A stretch of 64,000 bases of DNA from an uncultured bacterium (GCA_963727525.1 CAVSGO010000003.1:32001-96000), one strand, 5' to 3'; positions 12,172 through 21,275 are shown, counted from the stretch's first letter. Notes: a model not told the origin generated them from the sequence alone. Numbers and translations are program-made.

Positions 12172-12279
12172 TGGCTCATACCGCGCCGATTGGGATCATT
12201 TTTTGGAAATATGAGCCAAAAAACTGGACAAATGGCTCACATTGCCAGAAAATGATCCATAAACAGCGGCCGTGATCCA
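12172..12279. repeat. Phased array of six TGA(G/T)CC(A/C) heptamers upstream of fic
   Basis: Copies start at 12172, 12192, 12212, 12233, 12253 and 12273, in mixed orientation. Confidence 0.8.
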
Positions 12280-12305
12280 TTCCGCGATTCCGAAAGCGAG
12301 CACAC

Positions 12306-13352
12306 ATGCGCTCCCTGACACCGTCCTACCTGGACAGTCTCCAGTTCTCTGCTCGGCAGCTCGAGACGTTGAAGCGGATTGGCGAGTACCAGGGCAAGCA
12401 GGTTCTCTACGCGGAGCGGCTGCCCGAGGTGCTCAAGACGATGCGTCGCGTGGCGCAGGTCGAATCGACCGAATCGTCCAACCGCATCGAGGGGATCGAG
12501 GCGCCGCGCCGGCGCATCCAGGGTCTCGTCATCGAGGGGACGGCGCCGCAGAATCGGTCCGAGCAGGAGATCGCCGGTTACCGCGACGCGCTCGCTCTCG
12601 TCCACGAGTCTGCCGACCACATGGAGCCGTCCACGAACGTCATCCGACAGCTCCACACGATCATGTATCGCTACCTCCCGCAACCCGGGGGGCAGTGGAA
12701 GATGGTCGACAACGAGATCGTCGAACGCGACGCCGCCGGCGTCCTGCGCGTGCGGTTCAGACTCGTCCCGGCGGTGGCCACGCCGCAGGCCATGGACGAT
12801 CTGGCCATGGGACTGCGACGCGCCTTGCAGGTCGAGGAGCGTCCCGGGCTCGTGGTCGCGCCCCTGGCTGTGCTCGACTTCCTGTGCATCCACCCGTTCA
12901 CCGATGGCAACGGACGCGTGTCGCGGTTGTTGTCCTTGCTCCTGCTCTATCGCCTCGGCCACCAGGTCGGCCGCTACATCAGCCTCGAACGTATCACCGA
13001 GGAATCGAAGGAGACCTATTACGAGGCGCTCGAGGCGAGTTCGCGTGGCTGGCACGACGGCCGTCACGACGTCCACCCCTGGCTCGACTACTTCTGGGGC
13101 GTCCTGCTGCGCGGCTTTGCCGAGTTCACCGAGCGGGTCGGCGGCCTGAATCAGGGGGCCGGCAGCAAGGCGGCCGTCGTGCGCGAGGCCGTGTCGCGCC
13201 TCGTCGGTCCGTTCGCCCTGGCCGACGTCGAACACGAATGTCCGGGCGTCAGCCTGGCGACGATCAAGCGTGAACTGGCGGCCATGCGCGATGAAGGGTT
13301 GGTGCTCCTCGACGGTCGCGGACGTGGGGCGCGGTGGCGACGGGTGTCGTAA
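12306..13352 (+). CDS. Fic family protein with C-terminal wHTH
   Basis: HPFTDGNGRVSR catalytic motif, SNRIEG inhibitory motif, HTH-like C-terminus. Confidence 0.92.
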   Translation: MRSLTPSYLDSLQFSARQLETLKRIGEYQGKQVLYAERLPEVLKTMRRVAQVESTESSNRIEGIEAPRRRIQGLVIEGTAPQNRSEQEIAGYRDALALVHESADHMEPSTNVIRQLHTIMYRYLPQPGGQWKMVDNEIVERDAAGVLRVRFRLVPAVATPQAMDDLAMGLRRALQVEERPGLVVAPLAVLDFLCIHPFTDGNGRVSRLLSLLLLYRLGHQVGRYISLERITEESKETYYEALEASSRGWHDGRHDVHPWLDYFWGVLLRGFAEFTERVGGLNQGAGSKAAVVREAVSRLVGPFALADVEHECPGVSLATIKRELAAMRDEGLVLLDGRGRGARWRRVS

Positions 13353-13460
13353 CGATGGCCGGACAGGTCGGGACGTCGCTGGACCTCGTCGATCGCGACC
13401 ATGAATTCGGAACGATGGAATTTCTGACTCAGCCCTCCGAGTGATTTTTGGTCGTTATCA

Positions 13461-13505
13461 TAAACTGTTTTTTTACTTGGCTTTACGGCTTCCAGCCGGC
13501 TGGAC
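13461..13505 (+). repeat. Bipartite element, copy 1 (25-bp AT-rich box + N4 + 16-bp palindrome)
   Basis: TAAACTGTTTTTTTACTTGGCTTTA-CGGC-TTCCAGCCGGCTGGAC. Confidence 0.7.
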
Positions 13506-13693
13506 ACTCCGATGGATGCTCCTAGACAGTGCTTTTACTCAGGTATTGATGAGATGGCTTCTATGGTCACTTCGCAGTGCGGGCGGCGAGACGCCCTGAC
13601 GACCAACGGCGACTTGCCATGCCGGAGCAGACCTGTATCCTTTTCTGTACGAAGTGAAGCAGCGCACCAGCCTGATCGAAGAAGGAAAACGAT

Positions 13694-13822
13694 ATGCACG
13701 GACTGTGGTCGGCCGATATGTGGGGAACGCCCGTCGGATTGGGCATCTTCTTCCTCGGCATGGGCATCGGAATGGGCATGTTCTTCTGGGGCGTGAGCAA
13801 GCTCCCCACGAAGAAGGACTAG
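13694..13822 (+). CDS. 42-aa Gly-rich single-TM small protein, copy 1
   Basis: MHGLWSADMWGTPVGLGIFFLGMGIGMGMFFWGVSKLPTKKD; RBS AAGGA; paralogue at 21536 differs largely by synonymous changes. Confidence 0.8.
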   Translation: MHGLWSADMWGTPVGLGIFFLGMGIGMGMFFWGVSKLPTKKD

Positions 13823-13879
13823 CGCCGACCCCGTAGCACGCCGCCCCCAGGCGACCCGAAAAATAATGTGACACGTTAC

Positions 13880-14078
13880 ACCAGTCAGGCCAGGTCTTCG
13901 CCATGGCTTCCTTGAGTGCCTCGCGTGTTTCGAATTTGGAGAGGTCTCCGAGCTTGGTCCAACCGATGGCGACAAAACCCTTGTCCCGCGCCTGCAGGGC
14001 GGTCTCTTGATCGTCGGCCATGTGCAGTACCCAGAGCGTCTGGCGACCCTCAAACGGATTGGCTGATTGAGTGCTCAT
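13880..14078 (-). pseudogene. N-terminal fragment of an Mrr-like restriction system protein
   Basis: LWVLHM...KGFVAIGWTKLGDLSKF..REALKEAMAKTWPD, after which the sequence becomes unrelated. Confidence 0.5.
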
Positions 14079-14369
14079 GCCGGGCAGTCTTTCACGAGGG
14101 TGGCAACGGCGTCAAACCCAGTCAGGCAGTGAGCGGCCTGTCCTGGGTTGCGGTCCATCTGTCAAAAAGCCCCCCCGGTCGTCACTGTGTTGTGCCATGG
14201 GTTCAGTTTCTCGAAGTCCGAATTGTTAGTCATAGCAGGCGGACCCGGCCGGGAGCCGGTCTCGCACAAAATGTAAAAACCCGGAGGGTGCTACAGTACG
14301 GGCCGAGAGACTGTATATGCAGCCGACAACCCTTGACAGAACCCGATTATATACACAGTATATACACCA

Positions 14370-14774
14370 ATGATCGCCGACATAGTCATCTCCCAGGCTG
14401 ACGGACGGCCCATGTATCTGCAGATCATGGATCAGATCCGTTTGCGTATTGCGGTGGGGGATTGGGCTGCCGGACAGAAGATTCCCTCGATCCGGGATCT
14501 GGCGGTTGGGCTGAGAGTGAGCGTGATCACCGTCAAACGGGCCTATCTCGAACTGGAGCGGGAGGGGGCGCTGGTGACGCGGCAGGGGCTGGGGTCATTC
14601 GTCGCCGAGTCGGGGGCCCTGGACACGCTTCGGTTTGAGAGGGAGTTGGATCAGCACCTTCGGGGGGCGCTGGACATTGCAGGACTTCTGGGCCTCACGC
14701 TTGCGGACTTGATTTCTCGCCTGCAGACCATGCAAGGCTTTCCCATACGATCGGCAAGGGACGAACATGACTGA
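14370..14774 (+). CDS. GntR (YtrA subfamily) transcriptional regulator
   Basis: PMYLQIMDQI...IPSIRDLA...SVITVKRAYLELEREG; TTGACA at 14333 and two TATATACAC copies just upstream. Confidence 0.9.
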   Translation: MIADIVISQADGRPMYLQIMDQIRLRIAVGDWAAGQKIPSIRDLAVGLRVSVITVKRAYLELEREGALVTRQGLGSFVAESGALDTLRFERELDQHLRGALDIAGLLGLTLADLISRLQTMQGFPIRSARDEHD

Positions 14775-15663
14775 ATTGGCGGTCGAGTTGAAGGGTGTGG
14801 CGAAGGCCTATCCCCACTTCGCACTCGAAGACATGCACCTGGCGCTGCCCCGTGGGCGGATCATGGGGTTTGTCGGTCCCAATGGGGCTGGCAAGTCGAC
14901 GACGCTGCGCATCATCATGGGGCTGGTGCATGCGGACCGCGGGCAGGTGCGTGTGTTGGGGCATGACATGCCCGATCAGCAGGTCGCGGCCAAGTGGGAC
15001 GTGGGATACGCGTCGGAGGATATGCGCCTCTACAAGCGGGCGACCCTGGCCTGGCATATGGACTTCATCCGCTCGATCTATCCCGGCTGGGACCAGAGGT
15101 ATGCTGATGACCTGTTGCGCCGCTTCGACCTGGTCGCTGCGCAGAAGATCAAGGGCATGTCGCATGGGCAGCAGGTCAAGGCGGGGCTGTTGCTGATCCT
15201 GGTCCGACGGCCCCGATTGCTGATCCTCGATGAGCCGACCACCGGGCTCGACCCGGTCGCCCGCCAGGAAGTCCTCGCCGAGATGATGGAGGTTCTGCGG
15301 GACGAGGATCGCACGGTGATCTTCTCGTCTCACAACACCCAGGACGTCGAGAAACTCTCGGACGTGATCACCTTCATCGACAGGGGGCGCCTCATCGATT
15401 CCCGCGACAAGGAGGATTTTCTCGACCGGTGGCGGCGTCTGCGTCTGGACGTTCCGCCGGACGTGGTGCTGCCATCCCTTCCAGGGCTCCTGGGAGTGGA
15501 AGGTAGCGGGCGCCTGAGGACGGCGATCACCGGCAACTACAGCCCGCAGCAGGTCGCGGCGGTGCAGCAAGCCGGCGCCGCAGTCCTGCAACTGGAGAAC
15601 CTGACCCTCGAAGAGATTTTTGTCGCCGAAGTGCAGCACAGCCGGAACGGGGGCGCGCGATGA
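14767..15663 (+). CDS. ABC transporter ATP-binding protein
   Basis: GPNGAGKST, MSHGQ signature, LILDEPT, SSH. Confidence 0.93.
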   Translation: MTELAVELKGVAKAYPHFALEDMHLALPRGRIMGFVGPNGAGKSTTLRIIMGLVHADRGQVRVLGHDMPDQQVAAKWDVGYASEDMRLYKRATLAWHMDFIRSIYPGWDQRYADDLLRRFDLVAAQKIKGMSHGQQVKAGLLLILVRRPRLLILDEPTTGLDPVARQEVLAEMMEVLRDEDRTVIFSSHNTQDVEKLSDVITFIDRGRLIDSRDKEDFLDRWRRLRLDVPPDVVLPSLPGLLGVEGSGRLRTAITGNYSPQQVAAVQQAGAAVLQLENLTLEEIFVAEVQHSRNGGAR

Positions 15664-16337
15664 CCCAGCTTTCCATGACCGGGCGCCTGATGGTGAAGGA
15701 CTGGTCGTTCAACCGGTGGCCGATTTCCCTGTTCGTGGCCGGCGGCGCCGCCTCGCTGGCGGTGGTCGCCTGGGGCGGGCTTACGGGCTTCTTCGTCGGC
15801 AGCATCCTGCTGCTGGTGGCCGTGATGTCCGTCGGCATGCAGCTGGTCTTCACCACCGTGATCTACGAACGCAAGGAACAGACCCTGCCTTTCATCATGA
15901 GTCTGCCCATCACCTCGGCCGAATACGTCACGGCCAAGATCCTGGCCAACGTCACCATCTTCCTGGGTGCCTGGATGGCCCTGGCGGCCATGACGATCCT
16001 GGTCATTCTCGGCCGGGACGCCCTGCCGAATGGTCTGATTCCTTTTGCCGTCCTGATCCTGCTGGAGCTCTTCATGGGATATGCGGTGATCCTGGCCGTG
16101 GCCCTCATGACCGAGTCAGAAGGCTGGACCATTTTCGCCATGGTGGTCTCCAACATCTTTCTCAACTTCTTCATGTACAAGGTGTCTCACATCCCGGCAA
16201 TCGCCGCCGTCATGAACGGCCCGGACACCGTCTGGCCCAGGGCGGCCGTGAGCCTGCTGGCCGGGGAAATCGGCGTCATCGTCCTGCTGGTCGTGGCCAC
16301 CTATGCCGTGCAGGTGAGGAAGAAGGACTTTCTCTAG
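15660..16337 (+). CDS. ABC-2 type permease
   Basis: About six TM helices, ERKEQTLPFIMSLPIT..EYVTAK; ATGA overlap with the ATPase gene. Confidence 0.85.
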   Translation: MTQLSMTGRLMVKDWSFNRWPISLFVAGGAASLAVVAWGGLTGFFVGSILLLVAVMSVGMQLVFTTVIYERKEQTLPFIMSLPITSAEYVTAKILANVTIFLGAWMALAAMTILVILGRDALPNGLIPFAVLILLELFMGYAVILAVALMTESEGWTIFAMVVSNIFLNFFMYKVSHIPAIAAVMNGPDTVWPRAAVSLLAGEIGVIVLLVVATYAVQVRKKDFL

Positions 16338-16389
16338 GCAAAGTCTCGGGCCGCGTGTCGGGGGCTGGCCGCTATTTAGTGTCTTGCAC

Positions 16390-16701
16390 GCGTACGGACG
16401 CGAGCGCATGGAGCGGGTTCGTGCCATCGACATCGAGGCGGAACTCGTGCCGATGCTTGGCGGCCAAGTGAGTGTCGACCGGGTCGAACTCATTGATCGT
16501 GCCTGGAAGGCCGTCGCAGGGCTGCTTGTCCTCGACGACTCCGAAAGGCAGTTCATCGACCGCTTGCAGGTGGGGGACCTGCGCTTGGACCTCCTTGTCC
16601 CCGAGGACGCGGAAATGCGTGAACGGCTGGGAAAGTGGCCGCCCATTCAGTGGAAGGTCTTGAATGCTCGCAAGCCCAGACCGTTGCGCCGAGGAGACTG
16701 A
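16390..16701 (+). pseudogene. C-terminal fragment of an AbiEii-like nucleotidyltransferase toxin
   Basis: ELVPML...LLVLDDSERQFIDRL..GDLRLDLL...WPPIQWKVLNARK resembles AbiEii C-termini; no N-terminus. Confidence 0.5.
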
Positions 16702-16821
16702 ACTTTCGGAAAGGGCCAGGTGTGCGGCAAGGCGGTCCCATCGTGATTCGAATGCCATACCGCGCACGATGTCGGGGTCGAGTTCTTATGTGTGCTGGAC
16801 CCCTCGCCCTGGTTGGCGTGC

Positions 16822-18168
16822 TCAGTGGCGGTTGAGCCTGTCCCGAAGATCGCGAGGCGCATCGAAGACGAACGCACGACCGACCTTTCCGCTGTCGAGT
16901 AGTCCCAGTTCGGCGAGTTTCATGAGGTCTGTACGGGCTGTTTGATAGCTCACGTCGTGGGATCGACGGTGGGAGCGGAAGGTGTACGCGTGGCCGGGGT
17001 GGAGAAGGGCGTGCTGAAGAAGCGCAACCTGTCGGTGATTCAACTGGCGGCCTAGCGGGCCGGAGTGGCTGAGGAGTTGGCGGGTGTCGCGGAGTTCCTT
17101 GGCTTTTCGGCGTAGGTACGCGTGCAGGTCGTCGATGGCGCGGACGATCACGGCGAGCTGGTTCAGCAGGAAGTACGTGGCGTCGTTGTCGTCGGTCTCC
17201 GTGTAGAGGAATGCGCGTGCATAGCGGGAGGGGGCAGCGCGCAGGATGCGGGATATGGAGGTGAACTCGAGGAGCCAATAGCCCTCGCGGGCGAGACACC
17301 AGTAGAAGAGGGCTCGGGCCGTCCGTCCATTGCCGTCGACGAAGGGATGATCGTAGGCGAGCCAGAGGTGCAACAGAATGGCCCGGACGACGGGGTGCAT
17401 GAATGGCGTGTCACCGCTGCGACCGTTGGCGAACTGGCACATCCTGGTGACGCGTTCGGGCAGTTCCTTTGCATCGGGGGGTACATGTAAGACAGTTCCG
17501 GTGGCGTCCGCGACCACGACGTCGTCGGCATCGGTTCGCAGTCGCCCAGCAGCGCCCTCTTCACGCATGGTCCCGGTGACGAGGGTGTTCTGGAGGTCGA
17601 GCAGGAGCTCGAAAGTAAGGTCGACCTTGGTTCGACTTCGAATGAGCTGCATGGCCTGGTAGTTGTTGACGATCATCTGCTCGCCGCGGTCCCTTGGGCG
17701 CCGTCCTGTCTGGAGCATCTCCTTGGCGACCTGGCGAGTCGTTTCTGCCCCTTCGAGCTGGCTGGACGTGATGGCCTCTTCCATGAGCGAGCGGATCAAG
17801 TATGTGTCTCGGGTCTCGGGGTCGACGACCGGTTCGGGAGACGCAATCGTGCCGGTGGACTGCTTGTCGATCTCGTGGAGCATCGCGAATGCGATGTCGG
17901 GGAGGCCGACGCGAAACGGTAGCCCTCGTCTGTCCATCAGTGGTAGCTCGCGGGCGTTGGCCATTCTCGCGAGCTTGATACCCAGCCACCGCTCCTCGTG
18001 GCTCAAGCCGTCGGGCGGTGCGAGGTGCCTGAGCACGTCCCAGTGTCGGTACTTCCCGTCCGGGGCGGGGCCACCAGCCCTCGAGGCGATACGGGCCATG
18101 TTCTCGGGCGAGATCTCCAGGTTCGAGAAGAGGTCCTGGAGGGACGGCGGGGGTAGGGGCAGGCGCAT
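16822..18168 (-). CDS. Fic family protein (long type, C-terminal HTH)
   Basis: HPFVDGNGRTAR, SSQLEG inhibitory motif, SYQTARTDLMKL HTH. Confidence 0.92.
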   Translation of the reverse strand: MRLPLPPPSLQDLFSNLEISPENMARIASRAGGPAPDGKYRHWDVLRHLAPPDGLSHEERWLGIKLARMANARELPLMDRRGLPFRVGLPDIAFAMLHEIDKQSTGTIASPEPVVDPETRDTYLIRSLMEEAITSSQLEGAETTRQVAKEMLQTGRRPRDRGEQMIVNNYQAMQLIRSRTKVDLTFELLLDLQNTLVTGTMREEGAAGRLRTDADDVVVADATGTVLHVPPDAKELPERVTRMCQFANGRSGDTPFMHPVVRAILLHLWLAYDHPFVDGNGRTARALFYWCLAREGYWLLEFTSISRILRAAPSRYARAFLYTETDDNDATYFLLNQLAVIVRAIDDLHAYLRRKAKELRDTRQLLSHSGPLGRQLNHRQVALLQHALLHPGHAYTFRSHRRSHDVSYQTARTDLMKLAELGLLDSGKVGRAFVFDAPRDLRDRLNRH

Positions 18169-18180
18169 GGTGAACCTCAT

Positions 18181-18265
18181 CTACTAATTCGTGACGGATT
18201 AGTAATTCATGATAAGTCGGATCATGGGTATGTCAATGAACTACTAGATTGAGTGAAACTAGTAG
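18181..18265 (-). promoter_or_regulatory. fic promoter flanked by two palindromic operators
   Basis: Minus-strand TTGACA-N16-TATCAT (18236-18209); CTACTA-N13-TAGTA(A/G) at 18181-18205 and 18241-18265. Confidence 0.7.
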
Positions 18266-18356
18266 TTTGGCGATGATGAATTGTTCAACTTGTTGCTAAT
18301 AAGTTGGTTATAAATAGCGGCGTCTGTCTGCAGGCCGGGATTCGCGGTTTCCTGGC

Positions 18357-18580
18357 GCGCGTCGCCGATGTCGCGGATGCGGCCCTCGAGCTTGCGGTCC
18401 AGGCAGCGGCGCAGGACGCGCACCAGGCCGAGCGGGGTCGTCGTCGGCAGCTGGTTCCAGTCGTCGTCCTGCTTGAGCGCGTTGGCGAGTACGTCGGTCA
18501 CGGTCCTGCCCTCGAAGAGCCGCTTGCCGGTGAGCATTTCCAGCAGCACGACGCTGTACGTCCAGATGTCGGCGCGCCGG
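18357..18580 (-). pseudogene. Ser/Thr kinase C-lobe fragment
   Basis: RRADIWTYSVVLLEMLTGKRLFEG.TVTDVLAN...RRCL...RDIGD aligns at nucleotide level with about 8381-8604. Confidence 0.85.
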
Positions 18581-18595
18581 GAGTCTGGCCGACCG

Positions 18596-18825
18596 CGCTG
18601 ATGCCGCCGTACACAACGAACCCGAGGCGCAGCCGCTCGGCATCGAACTCGCGGGCCTTCCGCAGTCCGCGCACGTCGAAGAGATCCTGGCTTGCCGTAC
18701 GCCCGAAGAGGGCGGCGAACTTGCCCGCCACCAGCTCGTGGATATCCAGCACGGGACTCCAGCCCTTCGGCCCGGAACCCTGTGGCCGCCGCTTCGCGCT
18801 GCAGGTCGGCAGAGCTCAGCGTCAG
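18596..18825 (-). pseudogene. AbiEii toxin remnant with internal deletion
   Basis: LSSADLQREAAATGFRAEGLE joined out of frame to VLDIHELVAGKFAALFGRTASQDLFDV...LRLGFVVYGG. Confidence 0.7.
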
Positions 18826-19462
18826 CTCACCTCGGCCCAGGAACGGGTCAGCACGCGCTCGGGCACGACCAGGTTCCAGTCCTTCACCAGCTTGCCGGGT
18901 TCGCGGCTGGGGTCCAGGTACCGCGGCTGCCCCGGAGCCAGTCCGCGGAATGCGTCGAGGTGATGCGCCTCGACCATGAGCGTGTCGCGGTGCTGCTCGA
19001 GGAAGAAGCCGACCCGGGCCGCCGTCAGCGCCGATCCCAGTACCTGCGTGTAGGCGAACACCGCGTCGAGGTCGAAGAACTCGACCATCTCCAGCGAGCG
19101 CCAGACCTCCTCCCAACCGCCGCTGCGCTCCGGTGCGTCCAGGACATCGACGAGGCTGCGCTCGATCGTCGTGACGCGGACGACGCCACCGGCATGCGGC
19201 CGCTCCACCACTCCCCCGCCCAGGCCGGGCAGGTCCCGCAGCGCGGCGGGTGCCTGGGCCGGCACGAACTCCTGGTCGCGGAAGGTGAACCGGCGCTGCC
19301 GCCCCTGGGTCAGGTAGTGGAAACGATTCCACAGGGAGTAAGCCTTGCCGTGGAACTGGAGGGCCGCGTGGTAGGCCACCACGCTGTCAGGGGCGAGCTG
19401 CGTGGCCAGCAGTTAGGGATCGAAGGGATGGCGCCCGGGATCGGCGCCCAGGGGCACGGACG
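18822..19462 (-). pseudogene. AbiEi-type (type IV TA) antitoxin, 5'-truncated
   Basis: AYHAALQFHG, VRVTTIERSLVDVLDAPERSGGWEE, ARVGFFLE, WNLVVP; in-frame TAA at about 19413. Confidence 0.8.
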
Positions 19463-19590
19463 CGTGTTGAGATTTAACATAATGCTGAGCAATAGATTAT
19501 TTCATGTACATGGCAATTGGACATAATAGTACTGACATTGGAACGCAATAAAAGTTGCAATTGGACGCAATCCTGCCGACACTCAGACGC

Positions 19591-20835
19591 ATGGACACTG
19601 CCGACCTCTATCCCCGTCTGGTTCGGCCCCGCCTGGGCGAGGCCCTTGCCGATTCTCCGGTCGTGCTGCTGCACGGGCCGCGCCAGTGTGGCAAGACCAC
19701 GCTTGCGCAGCGCATCGGCGCGGACGACGGGCGCCGGTACCTGACCCTGGACGATCCGGCGACGTTCCTGGCGGTGCAGGCGGACCCGGCCGGATTCGTG
19801 CTCGACCTCGAGGGCCCGGTCACCATCGACGAGGTGCAGCGGGTTCCCGAGTTGTTCCTTGCCATCAAGCAGTCCGTCGATCGCGACCGTCGGTCCGGCC
19901 GCTTCCTGCTGACGGGCTCGGCGAACGCCCTCTTCGTGCCCAGCGTGGCCGATTCTCTCGCCGGCCGGATGCAGATCGTTCGCCTGCACCCCTTGAGCGA
20001 GGTGGAGATCGCCCATCGTCAGACGACGTTCCTCGACAGGATCTTCGCCGCCGATTTCACGGTGACCCGCGGCGAACGACTGGGGCCGCGGCTGGCCGAT
20101 CTCATCGTCCGGGGCGGATTTCCCGAGGCCGTGCGGCGGGACACCGCACGCGGTCGGCGGGCCTGGGTTCGCGACTATCTGAAAGCGATCATCCAGCGGG
20201 ATGTCCGTGACCTCGCGCGCATCCAGAGACTCGACATCCTGCCCCGCCTGTTGGAACTGGCAGCGGGGCAGACGGCCCACCTGGTCAACGTGAGCGAGAT
20301 CGCCGGGCCGTTCGGCGTCAGCCGCACGACCGTGCGGGACTACCTGACCTTGCTGAACCATGTCTTTCTCGTGGAAGAACTGCCGGCCTGGCACGCCAAT
20401 CGTCTGAAGCGCCTGGTCAAGACACCGAAGCTCCACATGACCGACACGGGCCTGGCGTGCGCGCTTCTCGGTGTCGAGGTCGATGACCTGAGCCGTGACC
20501 GAACACTGCTGGGGCAATTGCTCGAGACCTTCGTCGTCCAGGAACTTCGCCGCCAGGTCAGCGGCTGGGAGCATGACGTGCGCTTCTCCCACTACCGCGA
20601 CAAGGACCAGCAGGAAGTCGATATCGTCCTGGAACGTGGCCCGAACCGCATTGTCGGCATCGAGGTCAAGGCCGCAGCAACTCTCCGCGATGCGGATCGC
20701 CGCGGACTCGAGCGCCTGCGCGAAGCAACCGGCGACCGCTTTTGTTGCGGCGTGCTGCTGTACGACGGAGAGACATTGGTCCCCTTGGGTGACCGCATCT
20801 ACGCGGTTCCACTGGGTGTGGTCTGGGGTGATTAG
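19591..20835 (+). CDS. AAA_14 ATPase with DUF4143 and C-terminal PD-(D/E)XK-like domain
   Basis: GPRQCGKTT, IDEVQ, LTGS, SLAGR, GGFPE, KTPKLHMTDTGL, EVDIVLE...IEVK. Confidence 0.92.
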   Translation: MDTADLYPRLVRPRLGEALADSPVVLLHGPRQCGKTTLAQRIGADDGRRYLTLDDPATFLAVQADPAGFVLDLEGPVTIDEVQRVPELFLAIKQSVDRDRRSGRFLLTGSANALFVPSVADSLAGRMQIVRLHPLSEVEIAHRQTTFLDRIFAADFTVTRGERLGPRLADLIVRGGFPEAVRRDTARGRRAWVRDYLKAIIQRDVRDLARIQRLDILPRLLELAAGQTAHLVNVSEIAGPFGVSRTTVRDYLTLLNHVFLVEELPAWHANRLKRLVKTPKLHMTDTGLACALLGVEVDDLSRDRTLLGQLLETFVVQELRRQVSGWEHDVRFSHYRDKDQQEVDIVLERGPNRIVGIEVKAAATLRDADRRGLERLREATGDRFCCGVLLYDGETLVPLGDRIYAVPLGVVWGD

Positions 20836-21014
20836 GCTTCATGGTTGATCGACAGAATCCCCAAGAGGTCTCAAGGTGGTCCGAGGAGGGGAACGTCTGG
20901 ATGTCTCGAGCTTCCACTCTTCATCTCCGTTCGCCCTCGATCTTCGCGTGTCTATCCCGACGATCGATCTACTCCGAGGAGAAACAGTGTGTCGAACAGT
21001 AGTGTATCTTCGAA

Positions 21015-21275
21015 GTGTCCGCGGATCGCGGTCAACGGGCGGTCGTCGATGGCGACACGATCACGATACAGCTCCCGGCCATGACGCTGCTGCAGCTCTT
21101 CCACGATGGCGTCGTACCGGTGGACCGGGCGCGGCCCGTGGAGGTGATCGTCGACGGTGTCGTCCAGGGTCGCTACCTGATCGAATGGCTCCGCCGCAAC
21201 GAAGAATACGGCTGGAGCGAGCGAGCCCTGTTCCGTCTGCGGAGACTCGCGACATCGGAGGACGCCACGACGTGA
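21015..21275 (+). CDS. Small hypothetical protein
   Basis: Plausible composition (PVEVIVDGVVQGRYLIEWL); stop overlaps a GTG start of a further short ORF. Confidence 0.35.
   Translation: MSADRGQRAVVDGDTITIQLPAMTLLQLFHDGVVPVDRARPVEVIVDGVVQGRYLIEWLRRNEEYGWSERALFRLRRLATSEDATT

Noticed and set aside
12172-12279. Possible CRISPR array
   Set aside because: Units are 7 bp, mixed in orientation, with a 20-bp period; no cas genes seen.
13654-13836. ORF-track peptides overlapping the duplicated segment (also 21445-21876)
   Set aside because: Substitutions between the copies are synonymous in the 42-aa frame, not in these frames.
13868-13879. matS-like site GTGACACGTTAC
   Set aside because: The spacer is 2 nt instead of 3, one arm mismatches, and no matP is seen.
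18357-18580. DGR template/variable repeat pair with the kinase gene
   Set aside because: Differences are not confined to adenines and no reverse transcriptase is in the window; the FGE domain also has no visible template repeat.
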